NCBI GenBank assembly: GCA_034780895.1
Contig: JAUZTB010000048.1
Span: 29,460,585 to 29,524,584 of the forward strand
DNA: 64,000 nt
From: Rhynchobatus australiae
Taxonomy: Eukaryota
Direction: 5' to 3'
Below, in pieces: positions 24,648 through 37,197 of this stretch. The number at the start of each line of letters is the position of its first letter. Position 1 is the first letter of the stretch. A program made the position numbers and the translations under genes. The notes under the pieces were generated by a model. That model was given only the letters and a program-made list of their open reading frames with translations. It was not told where the DNA came from and made no database searches.

Positions 24648-27600
24648 NNNNNNNNNNNNNNNNNNNNNNNNNNNNNNNNNNNNNNNNNNNNNNNNNNNNN
24701 NNNNNNNNNNNNNNNNNNNNNNNNNNNNNNNNNNNNNNNNNNNNNNNTCCCAAAGCCAGTATTTATTTATTTTAACTTTTGTTTATGAATGAAGACTGCA
24801 TTTCTATGTCTCTGTGGTGCTTGAAATAAATGTGAGAAAAGCAAATCACTTAGGTGCTCCTGCATACCGCTGAGTGGATCAAGGGTGACCGTGCCAATTC
24901 ACCATGAGCGCTCTAGCTGAAATGGTAGGCAAACAATTTTCTTCCAGCCTCTTGGTGCAGCCATTCTTGATACAACTTGCAGGCTTATGAAAGGACCTAA
25001 CTGTCGTTCCTTCCTCCTTCAGCCACCCGGTTACTCCAAGGGAGAATGGAAGATCTTTCTATCTTGAGCTGTATTTCTTAAAAATGACAGCCAATTAACA
25101 ACTAGAACTGTGTGGAACCAATCAGGCAATTACTGGAAATTTGCCTCATTTCTATGCTTGGTGTCCTGTCAGATTTTCTGGTTCAGTTTTGAATGGCTGC
25201 CCAAAGTATTTTCAAGTTTTCAATTAACAATTGTCTGGTTAGATGACATGACACTTAGATGTCCATCCAACTTCATGAAATTTACCTGCCCATCTGAAGC
25301 AATCATCTGTATCTGCTGAACACTGCTACTATAAAACTGAATGTAAAGGATACTATGGAAGATTTCTACTTGCCTTTGAGACTGTTTCTGTTTCTTTCCA
25401 CCTTCCACTCGGTTGTCACAATACCTACTAGGATGTTCTCTGCCACTGCTATTTTTTGCTGCGTCCACAGTTATTGGAAAAGTCGTTTCCATTATGCATG
25501 TTGTTCGTGAAGTTGATTAATCAAGGTATCTTCCAAAAAAATCTTTTTAACCTTTGCCACAACTTGATGTTCTTAAAGTTTTGTTTCTTGATTACACTTT
25601 AAGACTTAAATCTGCGGCTTACATACATATCTAATTGTATTTATTGTCAAACAACTGGGTATGTGATGCTGAGATACATCTGTTTTGTGCACAGAAAATG
25701 ATGCACTAGTGGACATTAAGGTGAAATAACTACAAATAAGTATACTACACCTTTAATAATTTAGATTCCTATTCATTCTTGCAACCCTATTCCCCACACT
25801 CTTAATAATATTAAAATCATGATCCCTTATCATTATTGATCCAGTGGAAATATTCAAATAGAAATTTTATTATATAGCACAACATTTTTGAACTCTACTT
25901 GATGGCATTTAATCATAAGATTGATTGCACCAATGGATATTTGTGCTGTACATGTGTGATCTGCATATGGTTGTGCTCTGATGTCAAATGGTGAGCAATA
26001 CTGATTTTGATGTCACTTGTGCACTCAAAGCCTGTGGACTTCACACACTGAAGTAGGCTGCCACAGGAATCTGCTTCAGCATTAGTTAAGGGCACAGTCT
26101 TTCCTGGACCACTTGCAGCGATCAGAAGTATTAATCTTCTTTCAGATAGGTTCATCTTCAATGTTTTTCTTATTAATGGCTTCAACAATCATACCTCTCA
26201 CCCACATCATTTACCAAGCTGCCAATAGCCATAGTAAACACCCTTCTTGTCTATCAATCAATTTTCCAACCCAGTTCTCTTCATGACAAACTCTTCCCCT
26301 TACCCACTNNNNNNNNNNNNNNNNNNNNNNNNNNNNNNNNNNNNNNNNNNNNNNNNNNNNNNNNNNNNNNNNNNNNNNNNNNCATTTCCTCTTGCACCCC
26401 CCAGCCAATGCCCTGTTTCCAAGTCACTCCAACCATCTTGTTCATGACTTCCTTACCACTGTTTCACCCTGTACCACTCACATGATCCTCCCACTTCCTC
26501 TTCCAGAGACTCTCACCGTGCTGATCCCCTACACCACATCTCCCCAATGCACAACCCAGCTGAACCTCCTCCATGAACTCTGGTATGCCCACTGTTGAAA
26601 GGCCTGTACGTGCATTCAAGCATATGATGTCTGTTTATGACAATGATGCCTTGTATTTCATTGCAAGAGAATATTACACTCCAGGAGGGGTTGGGGCTCA
26701 CAGAATTGGCAGTATCTTCCGGTGAGATTCAATTTCTAACCCATTATTACCCTTTTCACTGCATTAAAAGGTCTTCATAATTTTCAAAACCTCTGCTGTA
26801 CCTCCACTGTTTGATGGCCCAGCAGTCAAGGAGTAGGAGCTAGAAGGATATTTAAGGGTTAACTGCCACATAACTATCCCGATAGCACTCATAAAGGAGG
26901 CTGTACAGCTTTTTCTCAGTAGTATTGGTGATGTTGGCCTCCCCTGGTATGACCAACTGATTAGGTCTTGCAGAGGATCCTACTTAAAAAAATATTTCTT
27001 TATTTTGGCTTAAACTTTTGACTGCAATCAGGAGACTTTCGGGGAGATTTTGTTAAAACTGATCCAATACTCCAGCAACAATTCTATTGGAAATGTCCTG
27101 AGGATTTCCATCAGAACAAATGAACTTGCCAGTTTACCTTATCAGGGTTTGCCTGGAAAGAGGCAGTGGATGGTCATATGGTCTGGCAGGGGTCTTCCTT
27201 GGTCTGTGGCAGGAGTGGAAAGAGGGCAAGTGACCTCAACTGCTGCAGGAGAGAAGAACACCCACTGTGTTTCCAGAGCAAGTCGCCTCCTTCTCTAACC
27301 GTTCTCTTCCAGGACCTACGATGTTGCCTCTGAGAACCTGTGCAGCCTCCCTTTCAGTCTCTGAGCCACTCTGGTGCCACTGTGTGTCAGTCTGCTCCCT
27401 CAGCACCTTCAGGGCAATCGAAGATTGAATCCCTCTCATACTGCTCCATGAAGATTGTGTCTGATTGACAGCTTAGTGTTAAATCTGCAGAAGTGTCATG
27501 AGGCATTCAATAAGTGGATGAGCCACTGAGATGCCGGACCAGCATATTCTTGCTAGGGAAGCACACTCCTTGAAGATGATGCTCCTCCTCAGTCTGTCCC

Positions 27601-27820
27601 TGCAGAAGGAGGTGTACCCATTGCTATGTTATTTAAACTGGCCATCTTCTGCACAATGTGTCTTACTTAGAGCAGCCTTGTCATTGTCTGTAACGTGGAA
27701 CTAACATGCTACAATGCATGCACCCAAACCTTCATGCTTTGGATGAGACCAAGGAGGACTTCTACTCCAACCTTGGAAAAAGTCCTGGTCCACCTCTCAC
27801 AGGGAGACAAGCTAATGTAG

Positions 27821-27955
27821 GGTCCTGATCCAGGGTTTCAACCCGAAACGTCGACCATTATTTTCCCTCCACAGATGCCGCCTTACTTGCTGAGTTCCTC
27901 CATCAGTTTGTTTTTGCTTCAGATTCAAGCATCTGCATTCTCTTGTGTCTCAACA
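27821..27955 (+). mobile_element. Penelope-type terminal repeat with hammerhead-like motif
   Basis: GGTC-CTGATCC-AGGGTTTCAACCC-GAAAC-GTC-GACC, then cacagatgccgccttacttgctgagttcctcc. Confidence 0.75.
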
Positions 27956-28019
27956 AACTGATCCTATTGAGTGACTTCAATCTCAGGGATGGGAGTGGTA
28001 CACAGCCCTCTGGCAAGGT

Positions 28020-28092
28020 GGGAAGCACAGTCAGCTTGGACGAGTTGGGCCGAAGGGCCTGTTTCCATGCTGTATGACTCTATGATTCTCAG
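28020..28092 (+). mobile_element. CR1/HER1 3' tail
   Basis: ggacgagttgggccgaagggcctgtttccatgctgtatgactctatgattct. Confidence 0.75.
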
Positions 28093-29024
28093 GTGTGATC
28101 GGCAAGGAAGGAGTAGAGAAGTCTCACTCTGGTAAGGTCCTTTTCTTGCAAAGTAGTTGGAGTATGGCCTTGTAATAATGAACACTCTGATTCGACAAAT
28201 TAACAAGCACAAAATTATGGTAATATCCCCCTCCCCTTTCCCCCCAGTCCAAGCCCTGGCACCTAGAGTCACAGAATCGTACAGCACAAAAACGTACCTT
28301 CGGCCCGACTTATTCCTGCTGACCAAGGTGCCCACGTAATCCACCTGCTGGATTATATCATCCTGTGAGTGAGGGAGCACAGAGATCTCTGCATCACCCG
28401 CTCCTTGGCAGGCACCAGTGATTGCTGGGCTGAACACTGCCTAAACCAATGTTTTATCTCTATCAACCTGGTGCCAAACATCAGCTTCCACAGAAGCATT
28501 GCCTCAAGAAGGTCAAGGTCAAAGCTCTCAAGGACCCCACAATCCTTTCAATGATCCTACATTGCTGGTGGTTCTCAGACACCACAGAAGTAATCTGTCA
28601 ACTCCCAGGCTCCAGGTGTCCACAGTTTATGGGCTGCCCTGAACTGGCACCTGTGAGGAGACTTGTGGTTTCTGTAACAAAATTGGTTTGATGAGATTGA
28701 CCAGGAGATGGAGAGACTAATTAACTGCAAATGTAAGGCATGCCGTACATTGGATAGCAGCTCCACCTTTCTTCAAGGGCACCTGCAGGTATCTGTGATA
28801 ACACTTCCCGGCAAGATTCAGATTATAGTAATCGGCAATAAGGCCCAAATTGCATAGTGTAGCCAGTCTTTAGTACAGTGTGCATTTAGTCCCAACAGTT
28901 TTTGTCTCACCACCTTCTATCCTGCTACTCACTCTCTAATCTCACTTTCCTCACCCCTATAACTTGTTAGTTTAAAATTTCCCCAAAGGTCTTTTTTGCA
29001 AATTATTTGGTGCTAAATCAGTTT

Positions 29025-29735
29025 GGTGCCTCTGAAATGTCTTCCTTTTTCCTGAACCATGGTTTCCCCTCTACCTTAGTGGACAGTGCCCTGGATTGCA
29101 TCTCATCTATTTCCCACACCTCTGCTTCCTTGTCCTCCTGGACAGTAAGAATAGAGTTCCGCTGGTTCTCACCTTCCATCTCACCAACCTCCACATTCAG
29201 CGGATCACCTTTCACCGTGCCTTCCGGCTCCCAACAAAATTCCACCACCAAACACGTCTTCCCCTCCCTTCCCTTTCAGCATTTCAAAGTTGTTCCCTTC
29301 ATGACTCCCAGAATCGTTCTACTGTCATTTTTACTCCGGGCACAAGATGTCATTTTTAATCCGGGCACATTACAGCCTGCGAGACTCAATATTGAATCCA
29401 CCAATTTCAGATAACTTGTTCTTTCTGTTTGTTCAGGACTGGCCACTTGTACTTGCCATCCCACCCAGACTTCACAACATTACACAGAGGAGCTTAACTG
29501 TCCATTTAATGCCTCCATCATCTTATCCTATTACATTCATTCCCTTTGTTCCACCCATTGCCCTTCCCCACCTTCTCTGCCACTTGCTTTCTCTTTCTCA
29601 ATTCTGTTGAAGGGTCTTTGCCCTGAAAGGTTAAGTGTTTTTCTTTCCACAAGTGCTGCTTGACCTGCTGAACTTTTCTAGCATTTTCTGATTTTATTCC
29701 AAATTCACATCATCTGCAGTTTGTTTTATTTATAT
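29025..29735 (+). mobile_element. Penelope-like element, internally deleted 3' part
   Basis: SEMSSFFLNHGFPSTLVDSAL, NRVPLVLTFHLTNLHIQRI, GTLQPARLNIESTNFR*, then terminal repeat ctgttgaagggtctttgccctgaaa...gctgcttgacctgctga. Confidence 0.8.
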
Positions 29736-29859
29736 TTACTGGTGCCAAACTAGTTCTTATTTGTCATTTTTTTTTAAAAGGTTTTCATGGGGCATCATGT
29801 AAATGGTTCCATATATGCAGGCCAAAAGTACTGATAAATATTGTAACAATTCTGCAAAT

Positions 29860-30036
29860 CCCACTCAAGAACCTGAGAACCTGTTTTTAGTCTGGGCATG
29901 TCAGTGAGGTGCTGAGGGAATATGATATTGTTGTATGTGCCACTTTCAAATGAGACGTTGAACTCCCTGCTCAGATATATGCGTGAAAGCCCTTGGAACA
30001 AAATGACCTCGTGACCAACATTCATCTTCATTCACT
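29860..30036 (+). mobile_element. DeuSINE fragment
   Basis: gtgctgagggaat...gtgccactttcaaatgagacgttgaac, matching the Deu core. Confidence 0.6.
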
Positions 30037-32298
30037 NNNNNNNNNNNNNNNNNNNNNNNNNNNNNNNNNNNNNNNNNNNNNNNNNNNNNNNNNNNNNNNN
30101 NNNNNNNNNNNNNNNNNNNNNNNNNNNNNNNNNNNNNNNNNNNNNNNNNNNNNNNNNNNNNNNNNNNNNNNNNNNNNNNNNNNNNNNNNNNNNNNNNNNN
30201 NNNNNNNNNNNNNNNNNNNNNNNNNNNNNNNNNNNNNNNNNNNNNNNNNNNNNNNNNNNNNNNNNNNNNNNNNNNNNNNNNNNNNNNNNNNNNNNNNTCC
30301 TCATTGCAAGTGACATACTTGGAGATACTCTGTGAACCGATCGTAGTGATGCTATGATCTGACTATAATTATGTCTGGAAGACACCCTGAGTTTCAGAAC
30401 AAGGGTGTGTATGTTCTTGCAAACTAATGACAATTAACATTTGTGCTGGCATTGCATATGGCAATGTTATTGCATTACACACATATGATTTTCCTATTCA
30501 TTTACATTATAAATACACCACAATACTCATAAGGCATTGGTCAAGGTCACCGGAAATGCGAGTAATGGCCCTCAACAAGCAACGTGTATTTGATATCGTT
30601 GTGCAAGATTGTATTGCATAAACAGACGGAAGGATCCACCTCAAATCCAGGGACTTAACCAAGGGAGGAGGGCAGCTGTAGTTTAAGTGCCTGTCTGTAG
30701 CTGAATCATTGTCAAGGAGTCAAGCAAGAAAAGAAGCCATAAAATCCTCACAGATGGTCCCAATGTTTCTGATTGCAAGCGGTTCTTCAATGGCTCCATG
30801 TCCCATCATCTGTCAATAAAGCATCAGGCCCCCTCCCATCTGCGACTTGGCACACAAAAGCAATGCTGCCCCAAATCAGCTCCACTGTTTGGAAGTGACT
30901 GTTCCTGGTGAGAACTCTCATTTAAAACATCCCACCATGGGGGAGATTGTGCAGTAATGCCTGCACTCCTTGCACAATCTCCCAAATAATAGCTTCTGTG
31001 TGTGATCATGCAGAAAGCCCTGGATTCATGATCCTTATGCCATGTTCAAAAGAAGTCAATTCCCTGTGCCCTGCACTGTATGAGCTCCATGCAATGCCAT
31101 TTTAACATCGGCTTTCAAGCCCACAAAATTTTCCAGTTCTTGTCTTTTTTATGACATTGAACTACAATTGTCAATATTATTCAAGATATATAAAGAATGA
31201 AAATAATTAGAGCCACAAATCACAAACTACATATGTAAACATATAAATATAATTTTACATGTATGTTATTAAGACATTAAAAGGAGCGAATATTGTGTGG
31301 ATTGCTGAGGCATGGTACAAAGGACACCAAATACACATATGTTACAATACAGAAGATGCCAAAGAAGTAGCTGCCTCCTCATAATCAGGCATTGATCTTC
31401 AATTGTTTTATCAATGAAGTGTGGATTCTATTCCAGTAATTTACTGGCAAGCCACCTCAACCATGTTAAGCATTTTAAAAATAAACAGGCAAGATGAAAT
31501 TAAATATTTTTGTTATTAAATAAATGGCCTTTCCTATTCACATCTTTCTCATGCCATTCTCATCTCATGATTTTCAGTTTCCAGTCTTAACAATCCTTTC
31601 TTTTTTTGGCTGCTGACTGCACTTGGTTGTCTCTTTGTGTAATGTATTCCATCAGTGATGCTTCTCCCCAGGAATCAACATGCCACAGGGCTTTGACTGG
31701 AATAGACCATATGTATAATCTCGTTGGTGCTATGGAAACAGCATTTTTTGCAATCAGATTTTGCATGTTTTCAGTCACCAGAGGAGAGGCACAAATGAGA
31801 TTTACAGACATGATATGCAATGGTTGCACTAATTAAATTTACACAATGATGAAATAGAAATAATACATTTAAAAAATGCTTCAGCTGAGAAAGCTAACCT
31901 ATAACCCTACTTTTACTCAATAAATTGACTGAAATTTTCATTCTAGGCCNNNNNNNNNNNNNNNNNNNNNNNNNNNNNNNNNNNNNNNNNNNNNNNNNNN
32001 NNNNNNNNNNNNNNNNNNNNNNNNNNNNNNNNNNNNNNNNNNNNNNNNNCTAGGCCTGATTGGTTACTTATTCTTTTAAACCCATGAATCAAATGTATTT
32101 AAACAATAGCTCAAAATTAATATTTCCTTGACAAAATAAAAACTGTTCACACTACTGCCAAGCCAAAAAGAGAATATTCTCTTTGTGAGAATCAAATAGT
32201 AACCAAACAACAAAGCAGTTATTGAACATAATATTTAATATTTAAATTTAGAGATGGAAATCTAAATTCATCCTTTGTCTCTGTGTTCCAGTCACTCC

Positions 32299-32539
32299 CT
32301 ATTGGTGTTGAGGCTGATTGGGACTATTGCCAAATAATGTGTTCCAGAGAGCAGAATAAGGAGACAGAGGCTGTTGCCAGATCTGGGTTCTAATAGCACA
32401 AAATTGGCAATGATTAAGAATGAATTCTGGGAAAGCAGTGGGATACCTGGTACCAGTCAAGTGACAGACCAGACAACTGAACAACCGACTGAACTGAGAG
32501 ACATTTATTTGGTGAAGTCTTTTTTGTGGTAGAGATCTC
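32299..32539 (-). pseudogene. Candidate exon RSLPQKRLHQ...CLVCH...HCQFC...QPQHQ* (possible last exon of the CAP-Gly gene)
   Basis: Acceptor tttgttcttattttgactggtag, 79 open codons to TAG; the phase-2 start fits the 34377 donor. Confidence 0.35.
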
Positions 32540-33272
32540 CTACCAGTCAAAATAAGAACAAAGGTATGTGACAAGCAGATTGCATTCTATTCTCTGTTGA
32601 ATCTAAAAGTGATCAAATGAGTGAAAATCAATGGTCATTTTATAGTTTTTGTGCTTACAGCTTATTTGGTTAAATACTTGATATCTTGCATGCTGAAATA
32701 TGCAACAGTGCTTTCTTGAGGTGGTCTCCATAATATAAAAGGTCTTGCTGACAAATTGTGCGAAGAAAGTATTTGTAGGTTACTTAGCATCTCTGTACTT
32801 CTGTAAATAGAAGTAATTTTGGTAATAAAAAATCCACCTTTCAAGACTGTTTTTCTCTCTCTCTCTGAGGCTGCAATGTGAAACAATTATTTCACAGCAG
32901 TATGCAAAAACAGTTAACACACTTCACACCAGTATATCACGGTTAAATACCATCTAAAGTCCTTGCATACAAAAGAATTGCAGCTAGATTTACTGAATGA
33001 TGGGTGTGAGAAGTGATCATGATCTTTCAATCAGAAACCAAATGGGCTTGATATATCTGCAGGAACAAGGAAAAGGGCTTACTATCCCAGCTTTTCCCAA
33101 TTAATCAAGGGATTGGATCTAAAATTCATGGAGTTGGAAGGTTTCCATCCATCCTTAAAGGTGATATGAGAGGTATTTGCATTTTACTTAAAAGAATCCT
33201 CTCAGTTTGCTCCTGCTACAGGTGATATTGTTGATTCTGAAAGCAGATGTGGGATTTGTTCTGTCCCTCTTG

Positions 33273-33545
33273 AACCATGCCCTCTTCTTGTTACTGCCAT
33301 CATGGACGAGTTACAAGAGCCTGAAGACCCACACTCAACGATTCAGAAACAGCTTCTTGCCCTCCACCATTGGATTTATGAATGGTCCATGAACCCATGA
33401 ACACGACCTTGTTACTCCTTTATTGTACTATTTATTTATTTTGTAATTTATTGTAATTTTATTTCTTTGCATTGTACTGCTGCCGCAAAACAACTAATTT
33501 CATGTAATGTAAGACAGTGATAATAAACCTGATTCTCATTCTGAA
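33273..33545 (+). mobile_element. Rex1/Babar LINE 3' end
   Basis: HALFLLLPSWTSYKSLKTHTQRFRNSFLPSTIGFMNG, then aataaacctgattctcattctga tail. Confidence 0.85.
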
Positions 33546-34376
33546 GGAACTCAATTATCTGAAAATGTAGCTTCTTGGTTCCTTGTGGGTACTTGAGATA
33601 TTTTTAACCTTTTAATTATTGATCAATAATAGCTTTGGTTCTTACCATCAACCCAGAGTGGGATATGTCCTTCGACAAATGAATGTAGGCCAAACCAATT
33701 TTAAAACGGCCCCATCCTTGTGTCCTGCTGTGGTTGAGGACCTGCCTCTGCATCAGTTCCGCCTCTGGAAAGAGTCTGTGGAATAACATCATACCAAACT
33801 GTGGAAAGTGGGACACAACCTGTCAAAACTTGCCCCTCTAAAAAATTGACTGGCCTTCACTGCTATCATAACACGGGTAAAGCCCTCCTTAAACTGCAGG
33901 GTGATCCTCAAAAAATTGTGACAGAGTTGCAAATAGGACAGAGAAAATTGCCGAAAAGTAAGATTGACCTTTTATTAACAGAGGTAATTTGCAAGTCAGC
34001 AGGCATACTTGCAGAGTGGGGAGAGCAGTTTAGACCATAGAAACACTTTTTACACATTATAAAAATAACTTACACCTAGTAATAATGCTGTTTTCTTGTG
34101 ACTCCTGTTGAGAATCAATTACTATCATTTCTGAGTCTTCCACAGGACTGGGGACTGGATGGGATAGTATTCAACACATGGCTTTGAGGTGGAGGAGGAG
34201 GGATTACTTCGCTTCCTCTAAAATCCAGACTGGGGGAGGTAAAGCCCCAACATTTGTCTCAATCCAGCCCCAGGTGCAGGCCACACTTGCTTGTCAACTG
34301 CCCCATTCCCAGCAAAGTAAGATATCTCTGAAAACTTCCACCGACCTCTTCATCTTTCCTGCTCTTTGACAGTTAC

Positions 34377-34527
34377 TGATCTCCAACCTGGTCCCATCCA
34401 CGCCAATCACTCCATCCACTAATCCTCATGCGACCTCCACCATCTCTCTGAAGAATGTCTCCTAGCTGGACCGGACCCCTGGAACGAGGAGGTTTAGTAT
34501 GAGAGGGAGGGAGGGTCGGTATGCGAG
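34377..34527 (-). pseudogene. Candidate exon RIPTLPPSHTKPPRSRGPVQLGDILQRDGGGRMRISGWSDWRGWDQ
   Basis: Acceptor gttccattcactag, only one frame open, several retained CpGs, donor TCA|gtaact. Confidence 0.35.
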
Positions 34528-35548
34528 CTAGTGAATGGAACAGCACCTGACATTGATGGCTCAAACTAAAATGTTGTGCTGGAGGCCTAATATTGAGGAA
34601 TTCACAATTCCCTCAAAATCATAATCTAGGTAGGACCTTAAACAGTAGCATATTCGACCACAACATGCACAAATTAGAGGAGAAACAAATCATCCATCGT
34701 ACACCTTTCTAATGACCTCTTCTTTGTGTAATCGTGTGTGTGTATGCATCCACACATGCGCACATCATTTCAAGAGAAGTAATTAAGCCAATTGGATCAG
34801 GATTCACTGTTAGTAAATGTGATGCATATTTGAACAGGAAACAGTAAATGATAGCTATTTGAGTGAGGAGTGAAAGGGAACATCTGTCTTTGGAACAATT
34901 CCAAACAGTTATTTAAAGCTTTCAGAAGAGAGAAGATAGCATTAGACAAATCAAAAGGTGGGGTGGAGGTTGGGAAGGAAATAATTGTGGGGCTGAGCAC
35001 CCTGTCTGATGCTGCTTAAAGCTGATTGAAACAGTTTAGTCTGTGAACTTGACAAACAAATCTCTGCTGCCCATTCCCTAACTTGAACCTACAAACTCTG
35101 GGCTCAGTTCCTGATTAAGCCTCCATTTTACAGTTCTTATCTAAATGCCAGCCTGGCCTCACCCTCTGCTCCATTTTAATGCCCTATAACCTTATAAGAC
35201 ATTTGTGCTCCTTCAAACCCTCAATTTGATCACTTCACCATTGTGAACACACTTTAACTGAAAAGACCCTAAATACTCAAGTTTCCTCTCCGTAAAATTC
35301 TTATGCTTCCCTCCTCTTAAAATTCTCCATAACATCCATCACTTTGACCAAGCTTTTGGTCATCTGCCTTTATATCTCCCTCCATCACTTGCCATCCATT
35401 TTTGTTTGATGATGCTCCTGTGTTGCACCTCAGGATACTTTGGCAGATAGTCCGATTTCACCAATTTCTAGGCATAACTTTGTGATGTACCTCGTGAAGA
35501 ACATAGAGCACAGGTAACTCTCAGAAAAAAAGAACTTCTGTAAAATAC

Positions 35549-35727
35549 GTAAAGGGCATGGTTTGGAAATTAGTTCTTTTTACTTTCTTTTTCCTTCTGG
35601 CTTGAATATCATGAAGCGAGTTAGCGTAATCTTCCACCAACAATGGGATCTTCCGGTTCCTGTCACTTTCAGACTATTGATGCCACTCGTAAAGGATTTC
35701 AGCTCCCAATGCAAATCGCATCAGGGA
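35549..35727 (-). pseudogene. Candidate exon with internal TAG: SLMRFALGAEILYEWHQ*SESDRNRKIPLLVEDYANSLHDIQARRKKK...
   Basis: Protein-like helical text on both sides of a single TAG (35674-35676), CpG retention; splice sites are weak. Confidence 0.4.
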
Positions 35728-36389
35728 CTGGTATCATTTTGATTCCAATCACCTCCTGTTATATGTATTGAGCAGTATCTGTGTGTGTCCCTGTGCAGCA
35801 TTGCAAGGACATGCATGGAAACCTGGAATGAGCTCACACATATATAGGTGTGGAAANNNNNNNNNNCATAAGTCTATATGGCAAATTGACTAATACCACC
35901 AAATTGCAGACATGTGCAATTCACAGGCCTCCATTTGCCAAGTAACCTATTCTGGGTCAACAATAGCTGTGCTACATATCAGATGGAGAACAAAAGGAGC
36001 TCATCAGTCTTAAATACAGAGCACCTGAGAAAAGAAGTATTTTAAGATGGGGCAATGAGCACCAAGGAAGCATTTCATCATAAGATCAAATACACGATTT
36101 CTGAATTTGGTATCCACACATAAATGTGAGTGTACATACACAGTTATGCAAACAACTTTTGTTATCAGTCAGGAGTAGGAATCCTGGTCTCCATGTGCAA
36201 AAGTATTAAGATGAAGAGATGCATCTTTAATCCATCCCAGCTGGGCTATGTCAGTTTTCACCCACTGCCCAATCCTGTTTTGATTCCAATAAAAAAAATG
36301 CTGGAAACTCTCGGCATGTAAGGCAGTATCTGCGGAAAGAGAAACAGATTTAACTTTTCAGGTCAAAGAATTATCATCAGAACTGGGTC

Positions 36390-36540
36390 CTGGCCGGCTG
36401 ACATTTCAGGACATTCCTGAGGGAGTGCTGCACTGTCAGCAGTATCATTTCTCTGATGAGTTGACATCCTGATTCTCTTTCACATAGCTATAAAAGCTCC
36501 CTTGGCATGTTTTTGAAGAAGACCAGCTGTAATGAAGATG
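36390..36540 (+). mobile_element. DeuSINE fragment
   Basis: gagggagtgctgcactgtcag...taaaagctcccttggcatgtttttgaagaaga. Confidence 0.65.
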
Positions 36541-36849
36541 AGGAACTTCAACTGGCATTTCTGAGAAACTGCTGGAGAAAGTAAGGGACCTAAATTTGAC
36601 AAATCCCTCATACCTGTTGGGTCTGTTTCTGTGCTGTATGACAAGAGGCCAGTTATAAAGATAGAAAGCAGCACTGGCAGCATCTGTGCAGGGAGAAACA
36701 TAGTTCATATTTCAGATCAATTATCAGAACTGATGAAAGCAATTTCTGCTTTTATTCCAGTGTGTGCAGTTTTTGCTTTGAGGTTGTTAATGGCCAGTTA
36801 GTCTTACAATGGTGACAGCATAGTGCTAGAATCGATCATTAAGTATTTA

Positions 36850-37197
36850 GTAAAGAGTTACTGAGAAAACCATATGAAGAGAAAATTATGTTTGGCAAAT
36901 CTAATGAGTCTTTTGAGGGAGTAATCAGCAAGATAGACAAGATAACTCAGCGGACATGGTCTATCTAGATTTTAGAAATGCATTTAAAGGGTTCCATATA
37001 AAAATTTGTTTAATAAAAGAAAAGTGAATGGCATTGAGGGTAGCATGAACAGAAGATTGATAAAAAGACAGGAAACAGATTAGGAATAAATGAACCTATT
37101 ATTGTACAGTACCATAGGGCAGACTGCTGGGCCTCAGCCATTCACAATTTATTTTAAGGACCCAGATAAAATGACAAAGTGTAACATGTCAACGTGA
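36850..37197 (+). mobile_element. CR1 LINE RT fragment (5' piece)
   Basis: CLANL..FEGVISKIDK..DMVYLDFRNAF..LLGLSH, a degenerate CR1 RT core. Confidence 0.7.

Larger units (their letters stand above)
27100..28740 (+). mobile_element. Decayed RTE-clade LINE endonuclease region, interrupted by younger inserts
   Basis: ALDETKEDFYSNL..GDKL (~27735-27815) and HRDLCITRSLAGTSDCWAEHCL (28369-28445) match RTE APE motifs (YAPT..K.FY..L; CWTDH). Confidence 0.65.
4500..31850 (-). pseudogene. Scattered decayed coding remnants of a large beta-rich protein gene (tentatively LOC400499/apolipophorin-like LLTP family)
   Basis: Minus-strand frames continue as protein-like text across isolated stops: 25490-25060 QVEIFHSILYIQ...KLDGHLSVMSSNQTIVN*KLENTLGSHSKLNQKI*; ~21870-21570 LNNLWEEIRFPLSCSLWYLF...; ~22500-22130 ...AQVSHRLPSV; ~31000-30740 EIVQGVQALLHNLPHGGMF*MRVL; 4520-4700 LTLTACILENVGRSQLTVLTG. 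An H-x-x-P-x-(L/V) and hydrophobic-P pattern recurs. Family assignment is from memory of the motif style only. Confidence 0.35.

Noticed and set aside
27236-27439. Protein-like minus ORF RGIQSSIALKVLREQ...
   Set aside because: Lies antisense to the 5' part of the decayed RTE element.
36445-36580. Exon-like minus frame FSEMPVEVPHLHYSW... with a good acceptor
   Set aside because: Most of it is the antisense of a DeuSINE core and it has no donor before the stop.
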